Shown: positions 10,311 through 20,823, numbered from the stretch's first letter. The stretch is 64,000 bases of DNA from a virus (IMGVR_UViG_3300027804_002812:96001-160000), one strand, 5' to 3'. The notes: generated by a model from the letters alone, not told the origin. Translations and numbers: made by a program.

Positions 10311-11008
10311 TAAACATACCTTTAGACAAACTACTTTTTATTGATATTGAAACAGTTGGAATTGAGTCCAATTGGGAAACATTGAGGAAAAACAGGCCTG
10401 AACTTTCATCTATTTTTATAAATTATCTTGATTGGTTTCAAAAAAGATTTCCTGAAGACTCAACATTATCTATTGATAGTATCTTCTATAACCGTTCTGC
10501 ATTAGTTCCCGAATTTGCAAAAATTGCTTGTGTAAGTGTTGCCTTTGTCACCGACAAAGGTGAGACAAAGATGCAATCATTTAGTAACGAAAATGAAAAA
10601 GATTTGTTACAAGAAGTTCAGAAACTTTTACGTAGGGTTGGAGAATTAGGATTTTTCCTTTGTGGTCACAATGTCAAAGGATTTGATATTCCTATGTTGG
10701 CAAAAAGAATGATTATTAATGGATTATTACCCCCCAAAATATTACCAGGTCATGACACTAAACCATGGGAAATTAAGGCATTAGATACCAAGGAACTTTG
10801 GCAATACGGTGGATATGGTACGATTGCATCATTAGAATTGATGTGCGTTTCTATGGGTGTCGAATCTTCAAAAAATATGGAGATAAAAGGAAATAAGGTA
10901 CATGAAGCGTATTGGATAAATAAAGACATCAAAGGTATAGTAGAATACTGTGAAAAAGATGTGTTGGTATTGATTGATGTCATAAAGAAAATTACAACAT
11001 TAGTATGA
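10307..11008 (+). CDS. PolB-like DEDDy 3'-5' exonuclease (stand-alone)
   Basis: ExoI FIDIET, ExoII GHNVKGFDIP, ExoIII YCEKDV. Confidence 0.85.
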   Translation: MINIPLDKLLFIDIETVGIESNWETLRKNRPELSSIFINYLDWFQKRFPEDSTLSIDSIFYNRSALVPEFAKIACVSVAFVTDKGETKMQSFSNENEKDLLQEVQKLLRRVGELGFFLCGHNVKGFDIPMLAKRMIINGLLPPKILPGHDTKPWEIKALDTKELWQYGGYGTIASLELMCVSMGVESSKNMEIKGNKVHEAYWINKDIKGIVEYCEKDVLVLIDVIKKITTLV

Positions 11009-11928
11009 AAGTTTTAGTTACTGGGTCTAATGGATTAGTTGGGTCACCATTCAAAGAATTATTAGGTGAAGGTCACATATATCATACTAGACAAGATGTT
11101 GATTTGACCGATGAAAAATTAACCAAAGAATATATTACCTATCATGTTAAAAATTCGGGAGTAGATACAATCATAAATTGTGCAGCAAAAGTTGGAGGGG
11201 TTCAAGCCAACATTATGGACAATGAAAACTTTTTTTTACAAAATTATATAATAAATAATAATGTTATAAATTCGGCATTCGAAAATAACATTAAAAATTT
11301 TGTAAATTTATCCTCCACTTGTATATTTCCTGATTCAGATGTAACATACCCTCTTACTCCAGACCAAATGGATTTAGGTGCCCCTCACCCATCAAATAGA
11401 GGATACGCATATTCTAAGAGGATTTCAGGTTATCAGACAAAAATATTCAGACAATTAACAGGAAATAATTGGTTTACCGTTGTTCCGGCTAATGTTTACG
11501 GACCACACGATAATTTCCATCCTGATTATAGCCATATAATTCCAGGAATTATTCAACGAGCATACAATTGTAAACACAAAAATGAAGAGTTCATTGTTTG
11601 GGGAGATGGGTCACCTTTAAGACAATTTATTCATTCTGAAGACCTTGCAAAAAATATTTTATGGGCAATCGATAATTGGAATAATGAAACTCCATTTATG
11701 GCAGTCAACGAACTCGAATATTCGGTTATGGACATTGTTAATATCGTTACAAAAAAATTTGAGATTTACACAGATAAAATAATTTTTGACGAAACAAAAC
11801 CAAGAGGACAATTCAAAAAAACTGCAACATCAGATGTCCCTAAAGATTATGAGTACATCAACATTGAACAAGGTATTAACGAAACCATTGATTGGTTTAT
11901 TAAAAATTATGAAATAGCAAGAAAATGA
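11005..11928 (+). CDS. fcl: GDP-L-fucose synthase-like epimerase/reductase (SDR)
   Basis: VTGSNGLVG, NCAAKVGG, SSTCIFP, GYAYSKR (YxxxK), NVYGPHDNF, WGDGSPLRQFIH. Confidence 0.85.
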   Translation: MKVLVTGSNGLVGSPFKELLGEGHIYHTRQDVDLTDEKLTKEYITYHVKNSGVDTIINCAAKVGGVQANIMDNENFFLQNYIINNNVINSAFENNIKNFVNLSSTCIFPDSDVTYPLTPDQMDLGAPHPSNRGYAYSKRISGYQTKIFRQLTGNNWFTVVPANVYGPHDNFHPDYSHIIPGIIQRAYNCKHKNEEFIVWGDGSPLRQFIHSEDLAKNILWAIDNWNNETPFMAVNELEYSVMDIVNIVTKKFEIYTDKIIFDETKPRGQFKKTATSDVPKDYEYINIEQGINETIDWFIKNYEIARK

Positions 11929-12539
11929 CAAACGAAAATTCAAATGATGCCGATATTTGGAAACAAATACAAGAAACATTTAACCAAATCAAACAAGACG
12001 CAGGAGTTGAACCTGAAGAAGACTACATGAAAGAATTGGAAAATATTTTGGGAATGTCTGTTGATGAAATGAATGAATCCCACATGATAATGATGAAAAC
12101 AAAATCATTAGGTGTAGAATTAGTTCATGAAGATGCAAAAGTTCCCTCATATGCGTATCCATCAGATTCAGGTTTTGATTTACGTTCAACTGTAGAAATA
12201 AACATACCTCCATTCGGTCGAGCACTAATTCCGACAGGTATTAAACTATCAATTCCTGAAGAGCATGAAATTCAAATTAGACCTAAAAGTGGACTAGCTA
12301 TCAATATGGGACTTACAGTCTTAAATACACCTGGTACAGTCGATTCAGGTTATGTCGGAGAAATTCAAGTTATTGTTTTCAACACCAACAATCATTCTGT
12401 TACAATTTCTAAAGGAATGAAAATTGCACAAGCGGTTTTATGTCCTGTAGTAAATGGTAAATACGTTGAGTTTGAATTGGTCGATAAAGTTGGTGATAAA
12501 GATAGGGGGAATAAAGGTTTTGGGAGTACTGGATTATGA
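11925..12539 (+). CDS. dut: trimeric dUTPase with N-terminal extension
   Basis: SGFDL, RPKSGLA, PGTVDSGYVGEI, RGNKGFGSTG motifs. Confidence 0.95.
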   Translation: MTNENSNDADIWKQIQETFNQIKQDAGVEPEEDYMKELENILGMSVDEMNESHMIMMKTKSLGVELVHEDAKVPSYAYPSDSGFDLRSTVEINIPPFGRALIPTGIKLSIPEEHEIQIRPKSGLAINMGLTVLNTPGTVDSGYVGEIQVIVFNTNNHSVTISKGMKIAQAVLCPVVNGKYVEFELVDKVGDKDRGNKGFGSTGL

Positions 12540-14161
12540 TAACCGTAGGATATTCAACTAGAGAAACTAAACCTGAATTTATTGAGTATCTCAAGAAAAG
12601 TTCAGGGTTCAAAAAACTTGAAGTTATTGAGAAAGTCAATAATGGGAAAAAATCCCTTGCCCAAGTTTATAACGAAATCTTATCTGAAGCAAAGACAGAT
12701 ATAGTTCTTCTTTGCCACGATGACATATATTTTGACACACCCGCTTGGTATAGCAAACTCCTTAAACATTTCGAAAAAACCGATTTCGGTATTATCGGAA
12801 TGGCGGGTACTACTTTAATGCCATCAGGAGGAATGTGGTGGGAGAATAGAAAAAGAATGGTTGGTATTGTTAATCATGAAAAAGATGGAAAAAAATGGGA
12901 ATCAAAATATGCCGATTCTTTAGGTAATACTGTTCATGAGACTGTTATTGTAGACGGATTATTTATTGCAGTACATAAGAAAAGAATAAAAAAACCATTC
13001 AATGAAGAGTTCAATGGGTTTCACTTTTATGACATTCCATTCTGTCTCGAAAATCATTTGGAAGGTGTAAAAGTTGGTGTTATCACTAATATTAGAATGA
13101 CTCACAAGTCAATTGGAGAAACTAATCAACAATGGGAAGAAAACCGTAAAATCTTTGAGGAAAAGTATAAATCACATCTACCACTTAAATTACTTCTCAA
13201 CCCAAATAAAAGACTTAAAGTTTTAATCAGTTGTTTGTTCTTTAGAACATTCACGGGTTCAGAATTATATGTTTATGAGTTAGCAAAGAACTTAATGAAA
13301 CTAAATTGTGAGGTCACAGTCTTATCTCAAATTGGTGGGCCATTAACGGAACTAGCAAAAAAACAAGGAATTAAATGTGTTCCATTCGAACAAGCACCAG
13401 GGTTCAAATTAGGTGATGGTAAGTGGGGAGTCCAAACTGAAAATGGGATACAGACATCACAACCAAACGTAATGTATCGTATAGGTACGGTAAATTTTGA
13501 TATTATTCATATGCAACATAAACCAGTTGCTGAAAGAATGGTTCAATTTTATCCTGAAATCGATAAGGTATATTCTATACACTCTGAAGTAATAGAATTG
13601 GAAGATCCAATCAAACACGAATCAATCAAAAAATACATTGCAATCAGGCCTGAAATTAAAGATCACATTGTTGATAAATTCGAAATCGACGAAAATATGA
13701 TTGAAGTAATATATAATCCAGTTGATAATGAAAAATTCAAATCCAAATCAGTAAAAGAAGAAAATTATGTATTATTTGTTGGGACGATAGATTATCTACG
13801 TAAAGAAACAATTATGGATTTGATTGACTATACTGCGGATAATGGTAAGGAACTTTGGTTAGTTGGAGAAGATAAATCAAATTATCTTCCGGCAATCTTA
13901 TCAAACTCCCATGTTAAACATTTTCCACCAACATGGAATGTGGAACCATATGTTCAAAAGTGTTCTGAAACTGCGGGTATTCAATTAGGCCGAACGACTA
14001 TAGAAGGATGGATGTGCGGAAAACCAAGTTGGATTTATAAGGTTGATTCGGGAGGGTTCATTCTCTCAAAAGAAAAATTTAATCCTCCAACAGACATAGA
14101 AAAATATTATTCAGTAAACGTCGCAACAAAAATAAAAGAAGAATATAAAAAAGTGTTATAA
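12536..14161 (+). CDS. bifunctional glycosyltransferase (N-terminal GT2-like, C-terminal GT4-like)
   Basis: LAQVYNE...LCHDDIYF...DGLFIAV...FHFYDIPF (Glyco_tranf_2_5-like), followed by a GT-B region (GSELYVYELAKNL...GRTTIEGWMCG). Confidence 0.8.
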   Translation: MITVGYSTRETKPEFIEYLKKSSGFKKLEVIEKVNNGKKSLAQVYNEILSEAKTDIVLLCHDDIYFDTPAWYSKLLKHFEKTDFGIIGMAGTTLMPSGGMWWENRKRMVGIVNHEKDGKKWESKYADSLGNTVHETVIVDGLFIAVHKKRIKKPFNEEFNGFHFYDIPFCLENHLEGVKVGVITNIRMTHKSIGETNQQWEENRKIFEEKYKSHLPLKLLLNPNKRLKVLISCLFFRTFTGSELYVYELAKNLMKLNCEVTVLSQIGGPLTELAKKQGIKCVPFEQAPGFKLGDGKWGVQTENGIQTSQPNVMYRIGTVNFDIIHMQHKPVAERMVQFYPEIDKVYSIHSEVIELEDPIKHESIKKYIAIRPEIKDHIVDKFEIDENMIEVIYNPVDNEKFKSKSVKEENYVLFVGTIDYLRKETIMDLIDYTADNGKELWLVGEDKSNYLPAILSNSHVKHFPPTWNVEPYVQKCSETAGIQLGRTTIEGWMCGKPSWIYKVDSGGFILSKEKFNPPTDIEKYYSVNVATKIKEEYKKVL

Positions 14162-14952
14162 TGGATAGAATTATTGATTACAAAAATTTATCAAGTAAAA
14201 TCCAAGAATGGATTTTATCCTATGTAGTTAAAAACAATATTACAACTTTAGTTGTGGGAGTTTCTGGTGGTATTGATTCTGCGGTTGTATCAACGTTATG
14301 TGCAGAAACAGGACTGCCTACTTTAGTTCTTAATTTACCATTAAACTCATCCCAAAAGAACACAGAATTATCTGACAAACATATTTCGTTCTTATGTTCA
14401 AAATATGATAATGTTCATGGTTATACTATAGATTTATCAAAAACATTTCAAGAATTCAAATCTAATGTACTTTTTGAAAAAGAATTCTATTCTGAATTAG
14501 GATTTGCAAACACTAAATCAAGATTACGTATGATGGCGTTGTATCAAATCGCATCCTCAAGAAATGGGATTGTTGTTGGTACTGGAAACAAAGTTGAAGA
14601 TTTTGGAGTCGGATTTTACACTAAGTATGGAGATGGTGGAGTTGATATCTCTCCTATCGCAGACTTATATAAAACTGAAGTTAGAAATTTAGGTCGACAT
14701 TTAGGGGTAATTACTGAAATCATCAATGCGGAGCCTACTGATGGATTATGGGAAGATAACCGAGTGGATGAAGTTCAAATTGGAGCAACCTATGAAGAAC
14801 TTGAATGGGCGATGGAAAGAGGTGTAGCTAAACAAAATTACAGTGAAAAAGAATACAAGATTATTGAAACTTTTTTAAGTTTTAATAAAAAAAATAAACA
14901 TAAAATGGTTTCTATACCAATTTTTGATTTGAAAGAAAACGAAATTATATGA
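14161..14952 (+). CDS. nadE: NH3-dependent NAD+ synthetase
   Basis: VSGGIDSAV (PP-loop), NTKSRLRM, GTGNKVE, YTKYGDGGVDISPIADLYKTEV, PTDGLW. Confidence 0.9.
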   Translation: MDRIIDYKNLSSKIQEWILSYVVKNNITTLVVGVSGGIDSAVVSTLCAETGLPTLVLNLPLNSSQKNTELSDKHISFLCSKYDNVHGYTIDLSKTFQEFKSNVLFEKEFYSELGFANTKSRLRMMALYQIASSRNGIVVGTGNKVEDFGVGFYTKYGDGGVDISPIADLYKTEVRNLGRHLGVITEIINAEPTDGLWEDNRVDEVQIGATYEELEWAMERGVAKQNYSEKEYKIIETFLSFNKKNKHKMVSIPIFDLKENEII

Positions 14953-16109
14953 AGATAGGTATCATAGGTGCCGGAAGATTAGGACTCACATTTGCACTAT
15001 TATGTGAAAAAGCAGGATATGATGTTATTGTATCAGATAAACGTGAGGATTATGTTTATAACTTAAATCATAGGATTTGTAACACTAATGAACCATTAAT
15101 TCAAAAAATGTTGTTTGAAGTTAATTACTTCAGTGCAACTACAAGTAATGTTGAAATTATTGAAAACTCTGATATTATATTTACCTTTGTCGCAACTCCA
15201 TCCACTACTGACGGAAGTTATAACACGTCAGCCGTTTTTGAGGTGGTAAATGATTTTTTTGCTGCGTCCAAATTAGAAATCCCTATTTTTAATAAAAAGT
15301 TTATTGTTGGTTGTACAACTAATCCTGGTGATGTGGAACAAATCCAAAATAAACTTTCAATGTTCAGCATTCAAGTTGCATATAATCCGGAATTTATTGC
15401 TCAAGGAGAAATTGTTAAAGGGATAGAACAATCAGATATAGTTTTAATTGGAACTGAATACCAAGAACTTGCAAATGAATTGATTCAAATATATGACAAA
15501 ATACAAACCACGCCAGTTAACGCACATGTCATGTCTCCAAAGGCTGCTGAAATTACAAAAATTGGTATTAATTGTTTTTTGACAACTAAAATTAGTTATG
15601 CCAATATGATGGGAGATATTTTGACAAAATCGAATTTGAGTAATGAAATTGATTCTGTATTAAATGCTGTTGGTGGTGATAGTCGTGTTGGAAAAAAATA
15701 TATGAAATATGGATTTGGATTTGGTGGGCCATGTTTACCAAGAGACAATCGAGCTTTGGGTCATTACGCCAATGAACTTGGGTTGAAATTAAATCTACCG
15801 CTTACAGTAGATGAATTTAACAAAGAGCATGCAGAATTTATTAAGAACTTTTACATGAATCAAAATCCAAACAAAAGTGTACCATTCGTTATGAACTACA
15901 TAACATACAAGAGAGGAACAGATATTTTGGAAGAATCACAACAATTCAAATTGTGTTTGGATTTATTAGAGGAAGGGTATTACGTTAATGTGATTGAAAT
16001 CGATCCAGTAATTAAACAACTTTCCGAGTTGAGTGAACAATTTGATAATAGATTAAAATTCTATAAACCGGGAACCTCTCCTGAAGGTTATGTAATCAAC
16101 TTACAATGA
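14949..16109 (+). CDS. ugd: UDP-glucose/GDP-mannose 6-dehydrogenase family
   Basis: IGIIGAGRLG, AYNPEFIAQG, AEITKIGIN, GFGGPCLPRD with the catalytic Cys. Confidence 0.85.
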   Translation: MKIGIIGAGRLGLTFALLCEKAGYDVIVSDKREDYVYNLNHRICNTNEPLIQKMLFEVNYFSATTSNVEIIENSDIIFTFVATPSTTDGSYNTSAVFEVVNDFFAASKLEIPIFNKKFIVGCTTNPGDVEQIQNKLSMFSIQVAYNPEFIAQGEIVKGIEQSDIVLIGTEYQELANELIQIYDKIQTTPVNAHVMSPKAAEITKIGINCFLTTKISYANMMGDILTKSNLSNEIDSVLNAVGGDSRVGKKYMKYGFGFGGPCLPRDNRALGHYANELGLKLNLPLTVDEFNKEHAEFIKNFYMNQNPNKSVPFVMNYITYKRGTDILEESQQFKLCLDLLEEGYYVNVIEIDPVIKQLSELSEQFDNRLKFYKPGTSPEGYVINLQ

Positions 16110-16834
16110 TAAATTTTGTCGTCTGTGTCTGGAACGCAGAAAAATATATAAAAAATTGTATCAGAACTTTGAAGTCCCAACAAGATAGGGATTTCAAAGT
16201 TTTTATCATTGATGATGTGTCTACAGACAATACTGTAGAAATAATTAAATCATTAATTATAGATGATAATAGATTCAATTTGGTGATTAATACGGAGAAA
16301 AAATTCAAACTAAAAAATTTAGATGAGATAATCCCAACATTTGATGATGATGACATTGTGATTGAATTGGATGGTGATGATTTTTTACTCAACTCAGACG
16401 TTGTTTCTGATATTCGTAAGATTTATTCTGAAGGGGATGTTTGGTTAACAAACGGTTCATTCATGTACTCTAGTGGTAACGAAGGTTTTTCAAGTAAATG
16501 TAATCCGGATACTATTCGTAAAGATGTTTTTAGATTTTCTCATTTAAGAACATGGAAAACATTCTTATGGAAAGCAATTCCAAAAGATTATCTCAGAGAT
16601 GATAATGGAGAATATTTCATATCGGCTGCCGATGTTGCTTACACATTCTCACTTTTAGAATTAGCGGGAGAAGAAAATTATAGATTTTTACCTAAACTAT
16701 ATTACGTTTATAATGAACAGTCTCCATATAATGACCACAAACCAGGAAGTGCGACTGGAGGGGGACATCGTGAACAGGAAAGATGTTCAAATATAATACG
16801 TAATAAACCAAAATTAAAAAAATTAATTAGATGA
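16106..16834 (+). CDS. glycosyltransferase family 2
   Basis: WNAEKYIKNCIRTL, IIDDVSTDNT, ELDGDDFL, HLRTWK. Confidence 0.85.
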   Translation: MINFVVCVWNAEKYIKNCIRTLKSQQDRDFKVFIIDDVSTDNTVEIIKSLIIDDNRFNLVINTEKKFKLKNLDEIIPTFDDDDIVIELDGDDFLLNSDVVSDIRKIYSEGDVWLTNGSFMYSSGNEGFSSKCNPDTIRKDVFRFSHLRTWKTFLWKAIPKDYLRDDNGEYFISAADVAYTFSLLELAGEENYRFLPKLYYVYNEQSPYNDHKPGSATGGGHREQERCSNIIRNKPKLKKLIR

Positions 16835-17640
16835 GTAATTTTATTTCATGTAATTTGATGGGAGGATTGGGAAACCAACTTTTTCAAGCCGCTCATGCGG
16901 TTGCCCAAGGAATTACACATAATAGAGAAGTGGTTTTCATTCCTAAATCTTGGACTCCAATGCAAGGAAGACAAACAGAAAACTATGTGAGTAATATTTT
17001 TCGTAATTTGAAATTTGTAGATAACATTGATGGATTTGAAAAAGTCAGTGAAGGACCTTGGGAATTCAGTGAAGTATTTGTGAAAGACCATGATACTGTG
17101 TTTGACGGTTATTTCCAAAGTTCAAAAAATTTTAACCCACACTTTGATAGTGTTCGTGATATTTTTTCACCAACAGAAGAATTTGTTGAAGAAATGTTAC
17201 AAAAGCATCCTGAATTAAATCAAGAAAATACCTTATCTGTTCATATTAGACGAGGTGATTGTTTCATGAATCCTGACATTCACCCAATTGCAACTGAAAA
17301 ATACATCGAAAGAGCATTAAAAGAAGTTGGAGAATATTCTCATGTTTTTGTTTTCAGTGATGATAAAGAATGGGTTAAAGAAAACCTCAAATTTGAAAAT
17401 GTTACTTACATCGAAGATGAGGATTATAAGGAAATGTGGTTAATGTCCTTATGTAAAAACAATATCATTGTAAATTCAAGTTTCTCATGGTGGGGAAGTT
17501 TTTTGAACAAGAACCCTAATAAAAAAGTAATTGCTCCATCGATTTGGTTTGGTCCAAGAGGGCCTAGAAATTATAGTGACATCTATGAACCATATTGGAC
17601 GGTGCTTGAAGTAAAATATGAAGACGGATGGTTAAATTAA
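16831..17640 (+). CDS. alpha-1,2-fucosyltransferase-like (GT11)
   Basis: GGLGNQLFQ, GYFQS, SVHIRRGD, LMSLCKNNIIVNSSFSWWG. Confidence 0.9.
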   Translation: MSNFISCNLMGGLGNQLFQAAHAVAQGITHNREVVFIPKSWTPMQGRQTENYVSNIFRNLKFVDNIDGFEKVSEGPWEFSEVFVKDHDTVFDGYFQSSKNFNPHFDSVRDIFSPTEEFVEEMLQKHPELNQENTLSVHIRRGDCFMNPDIHPIATEKYIERALKEVGEYSHVFVFSDDKEWVKENLKFENVTYIEDEDYKEMWLMSLCKNNIIVNSSFSWWGSFLNKNPNKKVIAPSIWFGPRGPRNYSDIYEPYWTVLEVKYEDGWLN

Positions 17641-18446
17641 ACATGTTGTCTAGAAACTTTGCACATGACAAAGGATCTACCGCAAACAAAGCCCCTCAAC
17701 TAGTTGAATGGTGTTTTAATAGTTACGACAACCCAATTTCCGTTTATTTGGATAATGATTTGTTCAAAGGTATCGAAGACCATAAAAATGACGGTGGGTC
17801 AAAAAAGAAATTCCTTTGGATTATTGAATCTCGGAAATTTGATGGTGGAGCGATTGAAAACATTAAAAATAATTTGGATAGTGTATTAAATACATTTGAA
17901 CAAATTTGGACACATAATGATGAACTATTATCATTAGATTCAAAATTCAAGTGGACACCAGCTTACGGTAGTTATATCAAAGAATTTGGGATTCATCCCA
18001 AAACAAAAATGGCATCAATGATTACATCTAATAAGAGATGGACTCATCAACATGAAATTCGTCACGACTTTGCCATGGCTAACATAGATAAAATTGATGT
18101 TTATGGTAGAGGAATTAATGAAATACCCAATAAAGAAATAGGATTAAAAGATTACAGGTTTTCATTTGCAGTTGAAAATGATACCTATGACACTTATTTC
18201 ACTGAAAAGATTTTGGATTGTTTCGCAACAGGGACTATCCCTGTTTATATGGGTACAAAAAAAGTTGTTGAATATTTCAACCCTGAGGGAATAATTTTCT
18301 TTGATGGTACTTTCGATTTATCGTTACTAACTGAAGAATTATACCAATCAAAAATGGACGCAATAAAAGACAACTATGACAGAGTACAAAAGTACAGTGT
18401 TTTGGATGATTGGATTTTTGAAAACTATTTAATAGAATATGTCTAA
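17628..18446 (+). CDS. alpha-1,3/4-fucosyltransferase-like (GT10)
   Basis: DVYGRG...YRFSFAVEN...YFTEKILDCFATGTIPVYMG. Confidence 0.8.
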   Translation: MVKLNMLSRNFAHDKGSTANKAPQLVEWCFNSYDNPISVYLDNDLFKGIEDHKNDGGSKKKFLWIIESRKFDGGAIENIKNNLDSVLNTFEQIWTHNDELLSLDSKFKWTPAYGSYIKEFGIHPKTKMASMITSNKRWTHQHEIRHDFAMANIDKIDVYGRGINEIPNKEIGLKDYRFSFAVENDTYDTYFTEKILDCFATGTIPVYMGTKKVVEYFNPEGIIFFDGTFDLSLLTEELYQSKMDAIKDNYDRVQKYSVLDDWIFENYLIEYV

Positions 18447-19143
18447 GATTTGTTTAATAAGACAACCAGCAGGAATCGGTGATATTTTTTTCACACAAAA
18501 AATTGCAAAGTATTACATATCTAAAGGGTATACTGTTATATGGCCTGTAATTCCTCAATTCGAATTTATTAAAGATTATATCAAAATCGATAACCTAATA
18601 TTTGTTAGTGAAAATGATGATTTTCAATATAAAAACATATATAATGAGGGATATTCCAAACCAGTTCTTCTTAATTTAGATGATGTTTATCTACCAATTC
18701 AACACTTTGATAGGCATTACAATGGACCTATTATGCATGCTAAGTACAAATTATTAGATCTTGATTTTGACGATTGGGTTGAACACTTTTCTTTCGAAAG
18801 AAACTTGGAGAGAGAACAAAAGTTAATCGACCATTTCGACGCAAATGATAGAGAGTTTGTCTTAGTTAATAGAATGTTCGGTTCTCCCCCAGATTCAAAA
18901 CCATGTCCACATATGGGTCAATATGATAATTCAATTGAAATGACATATCTTGGATGGGACAATCTTTTTGATTGGATTGGTCTATTGTTGAAAGCGAAAC
19001 ATATCTACACAGTCGAAACTTCGATTCTATATATAATTAATAAATTGGGATTAAAAAATGTTACAGTTTACTCAAGACATAACCCGCCGAGTTTTCACCA
19101 AGTAGAACATATGTTCGATAAAGATTTAACTTATATAAAATGA
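18439..19143 (+). CDS. putative glycosyltransferase (GT9-like)
   Basis: N-terminal LIRQPAGIGDIFF...VIWPV and C-terminal HIYTVETS. Located in the GT cluster. Confidence 0.5.
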   Translation: MSKICLIRQPAGIGDIFFTQKIAKYYISKGYTVIWPVIPQFEFIKDYIKIDNLIFVSENDDFQYKNIYNEGYSKPVLLNLDDVYLPIQHFDRHYNGPIMHAKYKLLDLDFDDWVEHFSFERNLEREQKLIDHFDANDREFVLVNRMFGSPPDSKPCPHMGQYDNSIEMTYLGWDNLFDWIGLLLKAKHIYTVETSILYIINKLGLKNVTVYSRHNPPSFHQVEHMFDKDLTYIK

Positions 19144-19541
19144 TACACGTACCAGTTAGTGTCGGAGAGTTGATTGACAAATTGTCAATCTTGCATGTCA
19201 AAAGAATCAAAATAATTAATGAAGAAAAATTAATACTAGTTAATAAAGAATTTGAATTACTGTATAATTTATCATCAGTTTATCTAAATTCTTCTGAAAT
19301 TGAATTATTATATCATCAATTGTGTGATATAAATGCAAAACTATGGGAAATTGAAGATGAATTAAGAATATTAGAAACAAGACAATCTTTTAATGTAGAA
19401 TTTATAGAACTTGCAAGAGGCGTTTATTATACAAATGATGAAAGATTTAGATTGAAAAATGAAATAAACCAAATCACCGATTCAGAAATAAGAGAGGTGA
19501 AAGAATATGTAAATTACAAACAAAATGATACAAAACATTAA
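19140..19541 (+). CDS. DUF6165-like protein
   Basis: VSVGELIDKLSIL...LWEIED..R...ELARGVYYTNDERFRLK..IN....EVKEY. Confidence 0.7.
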   Translation: MIHVPVSVGELIDKLSILHVKRIKIINEEKLILVNKEFELLYNLSSVYLNSSEIELLYHQLCDINAKLWEIEDELRILETRQSFNVEFIELARGVYYTNDERFRLKNEINQITDSEIREVKEYVNYKQNDTKH

Positions 19542-20169
19542 AGAATCTCTTAAAAATTATTTTGAAAACGAAACAAGCATCGCTCCCAATTTGGATGTTG
19601 AAAAAGGATACTCAGAACGAGATATAGATTGGATGAAATCAAATTTAATACCTCGAATCAAAAATTTGGTGGTTGAAGGCATTTCAAAAAATTGTTTAGA
19701 TGTAGGTTGTGCTTACGGATATTTTACAAAAGTTTTAAGTGAAAATTTCGAACAAACTTATGGAATTGATTTATCCTCCAATAGGATTGAATATGCTAAA
19801 AAATACGAAACAGACACTATGAAGTTTGTTCAGTCCGATTTAACTGAGAGTTTTGTAAATAAATTTCCAGTTAAGTTTGATTTTATGTTTACCAATGCGG
19901 TTTTACCTCACATCCCATTAAGATTCAAATCAGATGTTTTCAGAAACTTAGCGGAGGTCGCAAACACAGGATGTATCTTTGTCATGTACGATGGGTTATT
20001 GTCTAACGACAATGACCAATGTGGGTTTGAAAGTTGGGATGGTAATCAAATGATTAAAGTAGTACTTGTTAGTGAAAATTGGATACGGGAAAATGCCCCT
20101 GATTGGGAAATTGTACAAATAAATAATGTCTCGTCAGGGACAGAAGAAATTATATTAAGAAAAAAATAA
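19525..20169 (+). CDS. class I SAM-dependent methyltransferase
   Basis: CLDVGCAYGYF, YGIDLS, FDFMFTNAVLPH. Confidence 0.85.
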   Translation: MIQNIKESLKNYFENETSIAPNLDVEKGYSERDIDWMKSNLIPRIKNLVVEGISKNCLDVGCAYGYFTKVLSENFEQTYGIDLSSNRIEYAKKYETDTMKFVQSDLTESFVNKFPVKFDFMFTNAVLPHIPLRFKSDVFRNLAEVANTGCIFVMYDGLLSNDNDQCGFESWDGNQMIKVVLVSENWIRENAPDWEIVQINNVSSGTEEIILRKK

Positions 20170-20823
20170 ATGAGTTTATTTGGAGCATTTTGGGACAAAG
20201 ACCCTAATCCTGTAGGGGAGAGTCAATTTGGTAATAATAAAGGATTATTTTTTAATCTAAATTGGTACCCGAAAGGGGTTTTACATATTGGAGCATGGGA
20301 TGCTTGGGAAGCAAAACAATACGCGCATTATTGTGGAGATAACTCCATATTTTTAGAAGCAAATCCAAATTCATATGAACGGTTCAAAAGTGAAATTGAG
20401 CAGTTCGGCCAAAAAATTTATAATTTAGCGGCATGGAATCAAGATGATTTAGAATTGAATCTTTATTGTCCTCCTCATAACCAAGATTCAAGTTCTTTAA
20501 TGGAACAAAATGGTGATGTACTGAAAACGAAAACAATCACAATTAAAACTTTATTTGAAAGAGAAGGTTTAGATTTTTCTAATTATGATTTATTGAATAT
20601 TGATACTGAAGGTGCTGAATTACAAGTACTTGAAGGGATTGGAGAAAATCTGAAAAACTTTGAATATATAATTATTGAAGTTACGGATTTAGGGTCAGAA
20701 TTTGATTCGAAAGTGAATGATGCAATTACGTCTCAAGGTTTTACACATGTTAGAGATAGTCATCATCATAGAAGTTCCGTAAATGGGAAAATGTTCTGTG
20801 ATAAATTATATAAAAAAATTTAA
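20170..20823 (+). CDS. FkbM-family methyltransferase
   Basis: VLHIGAW, FLEANP, LLNIDTEGAELQVLEG. Confidence 0.85.
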   Translation: MSLFGAFWDKDPNPVGESQFGNNKGLFFNLNWYPKGVLHIGAWDAWEAKQYAHYCGDNSIFLEANPNSYERFKSEIEQFGQKIYNLAAWNQDDLELNLYCPPHNQDSSSLMEQNGDVLKTKTITIKTLFEREGLDFSNYDLLNIDTEGAELQVLEGIGENLKNFEYIIIEVTDLGSEFDSKVNDAITSQGFTHVRDSHHHRSSVNGKMFCDKLYKKI

